A stretch of DNA of 61,209 nt, the filler included, from Globobulimina sp. (Eukaryota), in NCBI GenBank assembly GCA_003354225.1. It is 12 parts of 12 records of this genome, joined end to end, with 100 filler letters (N's around TTAATTAATTAA, not from the genome) between each part and the next. Parts side by side here need not be neighbours in the genome. Positions count along the whole stretch, not along the records: positions 35,785 to 40,791 come from PIVH01000778.1; positions 40,892 to 45,896 come from PIVH01000779.1; positions 45,997 to 51,001 come from PIVH01000780.1; 9 more parts are not named here. One strand, 5' to 3'. Shown in pieces: positions 36,914 through 48,900 of this stretch. How positions within the stretch are numbered: position 1 is the first letter of the stretch; each line of letters begins with the position of its first letter. A program made the position numbers and the translations under genes. The notes beneath the pieces are model-generated. The model saw nothing but the letters and a program-made list of their open reading frames with translations. It made no database searches and had not been told where the DNA came from.

Positions 36914-37446
36914 TGAAACACAATGATGGGATTGTTGGTGGATACATTAGTTCAACAAATCGGAAACATATGTGTTTGATTAATAAAAGCGATTATGATC
37001 CATTAATTGCAATACAACAAGAGATGAAAACACCATCTCCTGATCATTATTCATTAATAACATCATGCGATTGGTCGCGAAGAACATCAATACAAGGTTT
37101 GGGTGCTGCATGGAGCAAATCAAAAAGGAAATGCGTACGCGTTGTCCCGAATGCAATTCCGAATATATCCATCACAAAATCACCGCAAAATCACTCAAAA
37201 AATATCCATTCACACAACAAGAAATCAGCAAAATCTGCTACAATGATCACTAAAAATGGACCACCTGATGAGATGCCGAATGTTTTTGCAAATACACGCA
37301 CAGTACAAGAAGTTGTGTGGTATTTGATATTCAGCTTTTCAATCTGTTGTGGCCTGGCAATTTTATTGAATGAGTATGAAAGTTTTACACTGTATTCATT
37401 ATTTTATGAGTCTGATAACAGTTTGTTTTATAAATTCTTCGTATGA
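36914..37446 (+). CDS. Hypothetical protein with a C-terminal TM helix
   Basis: Open ORF ending in a hydrophobic segment; start uncertain. Confidence 0.45.
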
Positions 37447-37488
37447 TTTTTGAAAGTCGTTTTCATTTTTGATCCGTTAATCTTTCGT

Positions 37489-38190
37489 TTAAAGAAGAAA
37501 TTTCATTTCAAAGTGCTTTTGATCCTTTGCTGTGTTTGATTTATTAGCGATGCTTGAAAATCCGTATGGAGCAAAATACCAAATTATGGCAAAAAATGAG
37601 ATCCATTCAGCAATATAGAAACTGTCCAGTGATATTGCAAATATTATTGATGATGATATTGATATCAGATTAGTTAATACAAAATATAAACAGAGTAATA
37701 ATTCAATTTTTTGTTTCCTAGTATGTTGAAGACAGTACAAAATTGAATAACTTGTTTCATAAATTAATAAGAATATAAAAGCAAAATATGAACATATTCT
37801 GTGATACTTCCATCCCCATTCAAATTTGACGAATATTAAACACAAAATAAATGCTAATGTGCTCAATAAATGAATGACTATCAACATAAATTCAAATTTT
37901 GATACTGCATTGTTGGCAATTTTATGTTTATAAATCACCAGAATTGAACAAAAAATGCAGAAAGATATATATGTAATAAAATTTCTCTCATAATGCATAT
38001 CATCCAATATCAAACAATCTGACATTGTAAACGTAGTAAATGAACATAACGGCGGCAACCGAGTAAACATCATTATAGTGATAATACAACAATAACATAA
38101 GGGTACAACATGTAATATACATATACACCTATTCCATAGCAATAAAGGTATCATTGGCAATCGTTTTGGGTCACGGATAATTGACATCAT
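37489..38190 (-). CDS. Frag1/DRAM/Sfk1-family membrane protein
   Basis: About six TM helices with FTMSD, KYHRICSYFAF and IAEWISF motifs. Confidence 0.65.
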   Translation of the reverse strand: MMSIIRDPKRLPMIPLLLWNRCICILHVVPLCYCCIITIMMFTRLPPLCSFTTFTMSDCLILDDMHYERNFITYISFCIFCSILVIYKHKIANNAVSKFEFMLIVIHLLSTLAFILCLIFVKFEWGWKYHRICSYFAFIFLLIYETSYSILYCLQHTRKQKIELLLCLYFVLTNLISISSSIIFAISLDSFYIAEWISFFAIIWYFAPYGFSSIANKSNTAKDQKHFEMKFLL

Positions 38191-38500
38191 AACGTGTTAC
38201 AAAATACTAGAAGTGCACTGAAAACGTTTTTGATCCTACAAGAAGTATAATTCGTTCTTAGCGTTCCTTTCCATAACAAAAAATCAATTAACATTTACAG
38301 AAACGACAACTTTTGGGAAAAGCGGAAAAAAAGTACAAATAAATAATACATTAAAAAAAATAGACATAAAAAAAATACAACGATTATATTCTTTAAATCA
38401 AAAATAAAAATAATCGTAACATACTCAAACATAAAAAAATATTAAACCAAATCAAACAAAATTAAATGCAAACAACAAAAACAAACACAATTAACAATAT

Positions 38501-39775
38501 TCAATACTCACTCTGCGATTCATCACTGACCGAAGATTGAAGTTTCCCCGCATAGACATCTCCATTTTGAACATCATTCTCCATCTCATCCACCGTATCC
38601 TCATCAATGCACTGCTCATAAATTCCAGAATGTCCTTTTTTATGTACACCCATTCCAATTTCAACTGTGCTCTCCTTCGATTTAGACTCTTCCTCCGCAC
38701 TCTCATAGTTACTCACAGTGTTCTTATCATACACATCGTCATACTCTTCCTCTTCCTCATCCTCATCCTCATCAAAACACTTATCCTCAATCGACGAATG
38801 TTTATGTTCCGGATCGCTTTTCTTTTTCATCGCAAATATCCCTAAACCCATACAAATACATAACATGGCAAACACCGGCAATATTATCACCAATACCCAT
38901 CCTGTTGTATTTAGTCCACTTCCCTCCCCATTTCCAGGTATTCTCCCCATCACAGCAGCTGTTGTAGGCGTAAACGTAGGCGCTGAGGTGGTCGGGTTCA
39001 CAGTGAGTGAGTCTGTATTGATGGTCGGTGCCATCGTTGGAGAGTGCGATGGGAAAAGTGTTGGCATAGTGGGAGAAGCTGAGGTTGGCGCACCAGTGTC
39101 AATGGTGTAACTCTCGCAAGTTTGGTCTGTGATTTGGTGCACATAATCTTGGCATCCATAGGGTGCAGTACTGGTCATTTGACACGTCGCAGAAAAGTTT
39201 TCTGTGCAATATAAAGTTGCTGCTCGTATGCAATAATCTGTGTGGTACGCAGTGGAATTAATATATAAATCGTTGAAACCTTCAACTGCATAGATTTTGG
39301 GCCTACGGATTAAATCGTCGCCATCGCAATTTATTATGCATGGCTTTATGCCGCTGTTTCTGCCGTTGTGCGGACAGTAAATAGTGGCATCTTCTAAGGT
39401 GCGCGGAAAAAATTGCGTGTCTGTTGGTGCTGCGTCGAGATCACCAAAGCTTGCGGAGAGGATTAGTTGGGAGGAATGTGCTGCGTTGATGGTCATATGC
39501 ATACATATGAAGGCGTTGTTGGTTGGTTGTGTATTGGGAGGGCGGTAGCATTTAATATGACATTTTTTAGCGATTGGACAGTGAATTATGGTGTCGCGAC
39601 AGGCTGCAGAACCTGAACATTCTATGAAACAATCTTGGTTGGCGCTGCATGTAATGGTCTCACCTTCGCAGCTGTTGTGGTTTGAGGTGGAGTTACATAT
39701 GCGGTGAGTGAACGAGTATACTGTTATATGTGTGGTCTGTGATAGTAACCATATGTAGAGCCAAATAGGAAACAT
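38501..39775 (-). CDS. Cys-rich type I surface protein with PT stalk, TM and acidic tail (same family style as 1-1421)
   Basis: Signal peptide, CFIECSGSAACRDTIIHCP...CHIKC, PTxxPT repeats, one TM. Confidence 0.8.
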   Translation of the reverse strand: MFPIWLYIWLLSQTTHITVYSFTHRICNSTSNHNSCEGETITCSANQDCFIECSGSAACRDTIIHCPIAKKCHIKCYRPPNTQPTNNAFICMHMTINAAHSSQLILSASFGDLDAAPTDTQFFPRTLEDATIYCPHNGRNSGIKPCIINCDGDDLIRRPKIYAVEGFNDLYINSTAYHTDYCIRAATLYCTENFSATCQMTSTAPYGCQDYVHQITDQTCESYTIDTGAPTSASPTMPTLFPSHSPTMAPTINTDSLTVNPTTSAPTFTPTTAAVMGRIPGNGEGSGLNTTGWVLVIILPVFAMLCICMGLGIFAMKKKSDPEHKHSSIEDKCFDEDEDEEEEEYDDVYDKNTVSNYESAEEESKSKESTVEIGMGVHKKGHSGIYEQCIDEDTVDEMENDVQNGDVYAGKLQSSVSDESQSEY

Positions 39776-40891
39776 TTTTTTGTGTGATAATTGTTTATGA
39801 CACTGCTTTTTGACTTGATTGTAATTGATTTGGATGTTGGAATTTTAATCAATTTGGTGTACGAGTTATTGGTGGGATAGTGTTATGTGCTGAACGGTTT
39901 TTGAGAGAAACTTTTCAACCCTGTCGTTTTCTTGTGATCAAGAAACAAAGGGTACAATGCAGATACAAATGGATACCGCTGTTGATAAATTTATGTTTAA
40001 CAAATTTAGATATGCTACATATGCATATATTGCCATATAAAAACGTATGCAATATAATATAATTAAATATATTTGCATGCCGCCTATCCATCCATTTCTT
40101 CGGAGTGCAAGGATATGCTGGAAAGCAATTTCTGTGTAAATTATATTATTAAACATTTGATAATAAATCTTTGAAAAAAGGCGCATCAATGTATGGCAAC
40201 ATGCTATGATAACAATAGAAAAGCAGAACCAGTTAATTATAAAATATATAATAAAATTATCATTTGTGTCAATCATAAATAATATTCGTTAGATATGGAA
40301 TTGTTTAAAAGATTGTAGCGGAGTTTCTAAATGAACCGTTTGTAAATATATATATTTACATATTATCGATCCGAATATATATTTTGAATACAGAGCGTCT
40401 GAATGTTTAAGAGATTCAATTGGAAACACTCAATCATCAGCAAATGAGATATATACAAAATGTATTAGAAATCAAATAAGTATATTTCAAAAAGTAAGAA
40501 ATGAATGTATGGCATAAATAATGTTAATGTTTTTGTGGTTATTATATTGTTGTTTGCAATTGCAAGATCCCTCCTCTCTATCAACGTTTTTATTGTTGAA
40601 TTTTTCACAAAATCGATCCAAATTAAATCATCACAAAATCACTGGAAAAAAAAACGTTCATACAACACAAACAACACAGAAACGTCACAAAACAACACAA
40701 GCAACAACAGAATTTACTTTATAAATTCTATTTTTTTTTTAGAAAAACAAACAAAAAAATTTACGGAATAAAAAGCAGAAAAACAAACAAANNNNNNNNN
40801 NNNNNNNNNNNNNNNNNNNNNNNNNNNNNNNNNNNTTAATTAATTAANNNNNNNNNNNNNNNNNNNNNNNNNNNNNNNNNNNNNNNNNNNN

Positions 40892-42697
40892 GACGGTTTT
40901 GGCCATTTCCGTCTCCAGCATCATCATGATCAGTTTTTGTAACAGTTAATCGACCGTATGTATCAGTTTTCGATCGTAATCGCGTTCGCGGCGAAGAACC
41001 CACCGACGAAGAGCTCCTACGTTTTTTAAATGGAAATAACGCTTGTGCCTCGTTCACAAAATCAATTAATTGTATTTCATCGCATCCTCTCAATGCGACT
41101 GCAAGCCCTAAGTTTGGCATTTTATTCCCAGGAAAATGTGACCGATCAAACGCAATGCCCCAATTTATATTATTCACAATGAATGATATCGTATGACCTC
41201 TATAATCACACATAATTTGCACCACATCGCCCTCTTTAATAGCTTTCCCAAATACGCGTGCATTTTTTGTATGATACACGTCTCCGTTTGCGGTAAATAT
41301 GCCATATCCAATCCCAATTTGTGAAAAACATTGATTTAATGTCTTCAATTTTTGTTTGTTATCCCTGCGATTCATATTTATTACGCCAAGCATGGAGGAA
41401 CACTGTTTTCTATTCGGATCACGTTTTTTTATTTTTAATGTCCATACATTGACTCCTTTGGACACGATCAAAGTACCAAAAATATGTCGAAACTTACCCG
41501 GAATGTCTCGGGTCACCACCTTTCGATTAAAAAAACCTATTCGAACTTGTTTCTGTTTCTTTTCCAAATTCCACTCATCCGAAATATGTCTGATCTTGAT
41601 TTTAAATGTGGTGATCAGCATTTCCTTGGATGAGATCTTACTATTTCGAGTATATAAAGTGATACGAAAATAATATATTCCATAACGAGTGGTATTCAAA
41701 ATGTGATCAAAAATCGATGTATCCAAATTAAACGCTAATATTTTATGCTGGTCCACGTCCAAAATATTGTATTTATGTTTCACTGTTTGTCATATCATTC
41801 ATATCTATCTCAACTGTCATGCAGTCACATACCTTTTTTGTTGCCTTTATTGGTCAAATCTTCTTTGTTGTCACTGTATCGCCACTCAATATCAATGGAG
41901 CAAATGTCGTGAACATTCATAGACAAACAGCTGGTGTCGATCCCATCCGTCATAGAGAGACTATGCCGTCTTTCTCTATCCATATCTTTGCTGCTTTCGA
42001 TGGTTGGAGTGGCTGCGCGATCGTCGTCGTCGTCGTCATCCTTTTTTTTTTCGAATTCGTCATTAATATTTTGTGGTAAACCATTGATATTTAATATTGG
42101 CGAACGACTGGGATGCAATTTCCATGAAACACAGATTTTGGTGTTTAAAGAATTTGTATTAAGAGCAATGATTTCTGGTTTGACTGACAAATTTTTATTA
42201 TCATCATGGAAATGGAAATGTTTTTGCTGCGACATTTCTTCTTTTGTTTTTTCTTGAATATAGGCAATTTTTTGTATGGAGTTCATAATCGTTGAGGTAT
42301 CCAATACGACATTAATATGACTATGGATATATTTATCTTGTTTTAATTGATTGAAATTATGGGTGACTCTGTCGTGAATATCAGCAATTTGTGTGATATT
42401 CTCTTTATTGGCTTCACTATTTTCCTGACGATATGTTTTGATGAAATTATAATATTTTGAGATTTTATTGTTTAATTCATTTTGTTGCGATTTATGTTTT
42501 TCTTCTAATTGTGTCAATAACTGTGATTGTGTGGCTTTTAACATATTTATAACCATTTCAAATTGATTTTCAATCTCGATTTTTTGCGTTTTATATTCAT
42601 TTTTTCCAATTCGACTTATTGTTTCCAATGAATTTTGCTCTGCGGCGCAATTGTTTATTGTCGTCAATATCTCATCCATTAATTTCTGTTTATCCAT
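40892..42697 (-). CDS. Coiled-coil + B30.2/SPRY protein, 3'-partial; intron 41783-41832
   Basis: Coiled N-terminus; GVNVWTLKI...MLGVI...FGKAIKEGDVVQI...TISFIVNNINWGIAF (SPRY). Confidence 0.8.
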
Positions 42698-42824
42698 ATT
42701 AGAAAATATTGGTTGCTAAATGTCAATAAATATTTAGTGTTTGACAGACGTTTCCATGGTTAACGCTTAGTGGGGCGGTGTTTTTTAGTGAATTAAATGA
42801 TTTATATTCTGACAACACTCACCT

Positions 42825-43514
42825 TTATTTTTTGGATTTTTTGCCTTTGCCCTTCCGCTTCCCTTTGCCTTTTCCTTTGGCATTAACTGCGCTAAACCTC
42901 CAGTCCAAAATCGTAAGCGTCATCAAACATTCATTGGTTTCATCATAGTCGCTCCATTCAAATTGTTTTTTGTTTTGTTTATTTTGTTCCCATTCATAGA
43001 TTTTAAATGTTTCACCCGAACTGCTCTCGACCTCAAAGCCTAAACCATCCTCGTTTTTTGTCGGTATATTCCAAATTAATGGTTGTATTCCACGGCATTC
43101 AAATCCAATGATTGGAACATAATTTCCTTGCTCACAGTCGTCAGAATTTATAGAACTACGCATTTCATTCACAACCACCAAACACGATTGTTTTTTACTC
43201 CCTGGCCATGTCATGGAAAAATTAACAATATCATCGCCTCCGCAATCTTTTAATTCCTCCTCATTCTCTGAGGATATTATAACCCCTCTTCTTATTTCAT
43301 CACTTTTGGGTTGTTTTAAATCCATTGGCCATTCATTCATATCATCCACTGTTAATTCAGGGATTGTTGTTTTAATTACATACTGTAACATAGACAAATT
43401 TCGTTTTTCCAAATGTGAGTCGATCTGCAAAATAGTGCGTAATTATAAACAACAACCCCTTAATACTGAACAATTCTCCATTTCCACCTTTATTTCTAAA
43501 ACGTAAAGCACCAT
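42825..43514 (-). CDS. CZIB: DUF866 / CZIB (UPF0587) family protein; probable intron 43349-43456
   Basis: First exon MVLYVLEIKVEMENCSVLR (missed by the ORF track), then PIIGFECRGIQP, FEVESSSGETF, EWSDYDE. Confidence 0.78.
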
Positions 43515-43653
43515 GTTTATTGTATAAAAACTTTAAAGTGTATAAAAACTTTCTCTTGCAAAACATTGTACTGAACATGAACACAATCAGCAGCTAAGTA
43601 GAATAAAATGAGTGTACAGCAAAAGACGCAATTTCTAGAAAATTATTTCATTG

Positions 43654-43694
43654 TGGAATTTAAACGAACCGTATAAGAATGGAATTTAAACGAA
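43654..43694. repeat. 15-bp perfect direct repeat TGGAATTTAAACGAA (43654-43668, 43680-43694)
   Basis: Seen directly. Confidence 0.85.
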
Positions 43695-43737
43695 TTGTGA
43701 AATATAAAAATTGGATATGGCAATATATTAAAAAATT

Positions 43738-43798
43738 TATCTTCAGAAACTTATTTGTGGAAAACAAAAATTATGCCACCAATAAGTTTCTGGAGATA
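43738..43798. repeat. Inverted repeat with 23-nt arms (21/23 complementary) and a 15-nt loop
   Basis: TATCTTCAGAAACTTATTTGTGG ... CCACCAATAAGTTTCTGGAGATA. Confidence 0.85.
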
Positions 43799-43836
43799 TA
43801 ATTGTTTTTGATTAAAATAAAAACTGCTACAACTAT

Positions 43837-44937
43837 TTAATTATCATCTATCTCCATTAAGTTCATTTTCTTCACCCAATTTCTGACCTTTTGTACGGAT
43901 TCTTGAACCAGGTATGGCGGATTATAACCAATGCATCGATCAAATTTGTCTGCATTCATAGTGTGTTTTGATGTTACCATTGATAATGTAAATGAATTCA
44001 AGGTAGCCATTGGATCTCCCAATAACACACCAAACCAATGATAAAAAATGTGTTGAGTAAAACCAGCAACTTTTGCAATAAATAATGCTACAAAATATGG
44101 AATATGACGAATATCATCTTTTGTGTAACCAAATAATTCTTCATCGATAAACTCTGAGGTGGCTGCATCAAAATCTTTATAATGAAAGCATTCTCCATCA
44201 GCATTACCATTAATCATCAATGTTTTTGCAATCTCAATATGAGCCCATGCTGCATTTTCAACATAGCAAAAGGTAATTATCCCATCTTTGTTACCAACGC
44301 TCGAGCTCACCACTCCAATTTTCTTAGCAGGATTAGCCAATTGATTTTTCAAAAGCGGACTGTCAACACCAAAAATGAAACCTAACCTGATTGCTGATAC
44401 GCATAAATCTTTGTTTTGTGATTTATTGTTTAAGATCAATTGTTCTGCAATGCATTTGGTTTGACCATAATTGAATGTATTGCCTTGGTTTCTGATTGCA
44501 ACAAATTGAGTTTCTTTTGCATCAACAAAAGGTTTGAAACAGTTTAATACTTCAATTGATGAGGTATAAATCAGTCTTTTTGCACAGTTTAAATCATTTT
44601 CTTTGTCATTACAAAACTTGAGGATGTTTTGTGTTCCATTTACATTTACATGATACATTTTTGGTTGTGGACACAATCTGACATCAATGATTGACGCACA
44701 ATGGAATATTGTCTCAACTCCTGACAAAGCATTACATAATTCACCATAATTTGTGATATCACATTTTACATATTGGATATTTGATGGTTTTTTAGATTTT
44801 GTAAACTCATTTTGGTTCAATTTATCTGATACATCCAACACCTTTACTTTGTATCCATTTTCGCTTAATTGTTTGACGATATTTGAACCCAAAAACCCGT
44901 TGCCTCCAGTAACTGCACACACTCCTAAATCTTTCAT
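43837..44937 (-). CDS. 3-beta-hydroxysteroid dehydrogenase / NSDHL-like extended SDR
   Basis: VTGGNGFLG, FHCAS, VNVNGTQN, YTSS, YGQTK (YxxxK), YVENAAWAH. Confidence 0.88.
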   Translation of the reverse strand: MKDLGVCAVTGGNGFLGSNIVKQLSENGYKVKVLDVSDKLNQNEFTKSKKPSNIQYVKCDITNYGELCNALSGVETIFHCASIIDVRLCPQPKMYHVNVNGTQNILKFCNDKENDLNCAKRLIYTSSIEVLNCFKPFVDAKETQFVAIRNQGNTFNYGQTKCIAEQLILNNKSQNKDLCVSAIRLGFIFGVDSPLLKNQLANPAKKIGVVSSSVGNKDGIITFCYVENAAWAHIEIAKTLMINGNADGECFHYKDFDAATSEFIDEELFGYTKDDIRHIPYFVALFIAKVAGFTQHIFYHWFGVLLGDPMATLNSFTLSMVTSKHTMNADKFDRCIGYNPPYLVQESVQKVRNWVKKMNLMEIDDN

Positions 44938-45489
44938 CTTTCTATAAAAGGTTGTTGTTTTTTATTTGGGTTGTTGTAATGTTGTTGAATGTGTCGAAAT
45001 TGTGATTCTAATTCTGTTAATTTCACAATAATTAACTATATTTGGACAACATAAATAGTGAGTGGCAGCTGATTCAGTTATCATAATTAATGTAAATTAA
45101 TTTAAAAATCCTCTTAGCAAAACATTGCTGGTGGGCATCACCATTATATGAATGTGTTAGACATCATATGCATGGTAGAATGTGTTGAATTGACTAAGTT
45201 TTTTAAAAAATTTTGCAAGGACGCGATCGGGGCGCTGACCCTAAATGTAGCCTAAAGTAGGTGCAAAAAGCTTTAAAAAACTTGCACGCTGTGATCGTTA
45301 TCTATCCTCCTAGCCATCCTAATACATCCTTAATTTCAGAGTTCCGGTGGTGCTGACACACTGCGCTGTGCACATCGACCTTGATAAGCAAACACAAAAC
45401 AAGTACAAGAAAATTTATAATACTAAACCCAGAAAAAATTCTATTATTTTATTTATTTACAAACATTACATGAAATAGTAAATAAAAGT

Positions 45490-45896
45490 TTACTTTGTAG
45501 TCAACCGTTGCCACCACGATTTCTGTGCAGTTTGTGTCTGTTCCACCAACTTATTATATAACTGATACAATGCATTTAATTGCACGTCCTTATGTTCCAA
45601 TTGCAACTCCAAATTATGTATTTTCTTCACAAATTGCTTCCTCTCAAAGTCCAATTGTTCCTGCATGGCAGACAACATAAAGGCAAACCTATTCGCATCT
45701 TTCATCCTTTGCTTCAACAAATCATCGGCAGTCAGCCCAGTCGACGTCGCTGTAGGCGTACTTTTCCGCGTATTCACATCCAACGCAGTCTGCGCTAACT
45801 CCCTATTCATCTGCTTACTAATCGCCAACTCACGTTGCAAATTGGCCACTTCCTCATCCTTTTCTACAATCTGTTCCACATCCGTTAAATCGACAG
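45490..45896 (-). CDS. Coiled-coil protein C-terminal fragment
   Basis: Open frame from the contig edge with heptad-rich sequence ending SWWQRLTTK. Confidence 0.6.
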
Positions 45897-45996
45897 NNNN
45901 NNNNNNNNNNNNNNNNNNNNNNNNNNNNNNNNNNNNNNNNTTAATTAATTAANNNNNNNNNNNNNNNNNNNNNNNNNNNNNNNNNNNNNNNNNNNN

Positions 45997-48900
45997 GTCG
46001 CGGCCGCATCGAAGGTTTGCTCATACCTTCAATCAACGGCAATATCTCTAAGAAATCAGACAAGGTTTTGTTTAATTGCTTATACTGCGCCCATTTCTTG
46101 ATTTTCTTGTTCAATTTCTTGCATTTGTTCTCATACAATTCCGCATTGTTCCGCATCTTCTCAATGGAGGACATGACCTGCGTCCAGCAGATGTTTCGGT
46201 ATTCATCCATGGTATCAATGACATTGCCATACACGTTGTAGAGCTGCCGCATGAGAAATAACTCATCTTTGATGACGATGATCTCTTCGTATTTGGTTTT
46301 GGGTAAACCGAACAGAGTTTCACCACTCGAATACAACTCATATTTGCGGAATAATGTATCGAATTCGCGCTCATATTTATGCAACGCCACCATGGCATCG
46401 GTGGGTTTGCCCAAATCGCAACTGAATGGCCCTTCCGACTTATACGAGGTATTGAATTCATTGATATCTTTTTTGAACACGCAAATGTTTTTAATCAACG
46501 ATTTTCGAAATGGTTCTTGTAATTCATTGACTTTATCGCGAACTGTCTCGGCAGAGACTAACAATCGTTTCCATAATACGCGTAACATCGATTTATTATC
46601 GGTTTCGATGTTGGATAAGAATTCGGAGCCTAAATATTTTTCTAATAATTCATAGCGACTAAATATGGATAGGAAATCCATGGAAATCCACGATTGGGTG
46701 TCGCGGATATCGGTCAATGCATCAATTACGAATTTAAGCGATGTGAAATCTTTTACTTCGCGATTTAAGCGGTTGTTGTAATTTTTGATCATTTCAATTC
46801 GCGATTCCAAGTCTTGTTTAACTTCTTCATGCAATTTCTCGCAAAATTGCAACTTCCAACGCTGACATTCATGCTTTAACTGATACTTTAAGTTTTTAGT
46901 ACTTAAATTAAAACATGCTAAGCTTTCGATATTATTTAGTTTATCAATTTCCGATTCCACATTGGCCACTTTTTGTAATTCATCGATAAAATCTTGTAAG
47001 ATACGCTTTTGTTTAATAAATTCTTTGTATTCATCCTCTGGTTCTTTTAACCAGAGCCATTCGAATTTCTTATATTTCTCCAAATGAGATTGTGCGAATT
47101 GTTTTGTGTCTTCGACGGCTCCGGTTAGCAATAACAATACGACCACCACATTTTTATCCGACGACAATGTGGTGAAAAATGGAATATTTTCTCGCGACTC
47201 ACCATTTTCCGAGACTCCCCAATCCAAAATATCTTGTGTGGTATGGATTACTTTCTTAGCAATACAATTTATGGAATCTTGGATCTCATCCAAACTTGGT
47301 TTAATTACAACTTTGGGAACCATTAAACTCAAATTTACTTCAAATAATGCCGTATCTGATAAAAATGATTTGGAGGATCGCGACGAGGCTCTATCTTTTA
47401 ATTTATTCAACGAGGTTTTAATGCAATTCAGTATGGAATGATACATCATAGTCTGATAATAATATATGACTTTATTAAATTCGATTTGCGAAACCGTTTC
47501 AATTTCAGAGGCATATTGTGGAGGAATGGCAAAATCCTTTACTTGCGTTATTAAGTCTTTTATGGCATTATAAATTTCGACATTCTTTTCTAATAATAAT
47601 TTAGAGGCATTATTTATGGATTTTTCCTGCTGTTTGACGAAGGATTTACAGGTAAATGATCTATTGGATGGCAAATTTAACAGTGATAAGTTTGCGATAA
47701 AGCGGAAATTTGCGAGAATTCTATTTTCTAAAATATCATTAATATGAATTATTAAGGACCATAATCGTTGTATGGCAGTATGTGATTTTTCAATATATTT
47801 CAATATATTCATCGAATTCCAGGTTAACTGAGTCAAACCGGGCTCCATTATTTTTTTCAGTGCTTCAAAATGAGGAACTATGATTTTCTTAACAATGGGC
47901 GAGGTACTTTTGATCATATGATTGTACATTTCCGTGATGTTCTTGATTTTGCAGAAATATAATTTAAAATTTGATTCTAATAACAGCACAATTTGAGCAG
48001 ACGCAGGGATTTTAAAACCCATTCTTTTTAAGAATTTGGTCTCTCGAATTAATTCGAAAATATGTCGATCGAAATTTGCATAAAATTCACCAGTTTTGGC
48101 ATGTTGTATAATGAGAGAAGTTTGCAATTTCTTCTTGCCCACATTACAACAATTTGTCCACGCGGCAAAATATTCCATTTCATAATGTATTAATTTTTTG
48201 GTTAAAGAATTATATTTTTTTATAATTTTATGCGATTCTTTCGGATGAAATACTTTCGGGTTTTCGCGAAATTTATTCATTGGAATGGTTATACGCCGTA
48301 ATAATTGTCTCGACCATGCAATATTGCCAGCTACTTTTGTCATATTCTTACCAATGGACGGATTGATACGTTTTTTATAAAATATATCTTGAATTATTTC
48401 TAAACTCTTACCATACGATTTGAACAATAAAACATATTTTATATCTAAGATATTTTGCAATGCTTCGCGATGTAAAATTAATTTAAATTTATTTAATAAT
48501 TCTAATGAAGTGATAATATTGGAAATGTCGTGGCCTTTATTATTAATGTTATTGTCGTCCAAACTGTCTTCGCCTTCCATAATGTCATCGTCATTTATTA
48601 TTTTATTGAAATTGAGCTCAATGTATACTTCGATCTTATTCTCCAACACAGAATTATTCATTGTAAATTCAACATAATCTCTCTCGAAGGCAGTATCACT
48701 GTCATTTAACAGATTATGTTGTTTTTTACGAAACTCTCCAATCAATTTATTAAAATTTATGATAATCTCTCTTAAGCCATCAATATGCTGCGATTCTAAT
48801 AATTTAAATTGCTGAATCGACGAAAATAAATCGATTAATTTCTCCAATCGTCGACAAAATTTCTCAAATTTCACGAATATTATCGATTGGTCAAAGGTCC

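Noticed and set aside
39880-40771. Short AT-rich ORFs at 39938-40276 and 40505-40771
   Set aside because: They are low-complexity with no motifs and are probably intergenic or decayed sequence.
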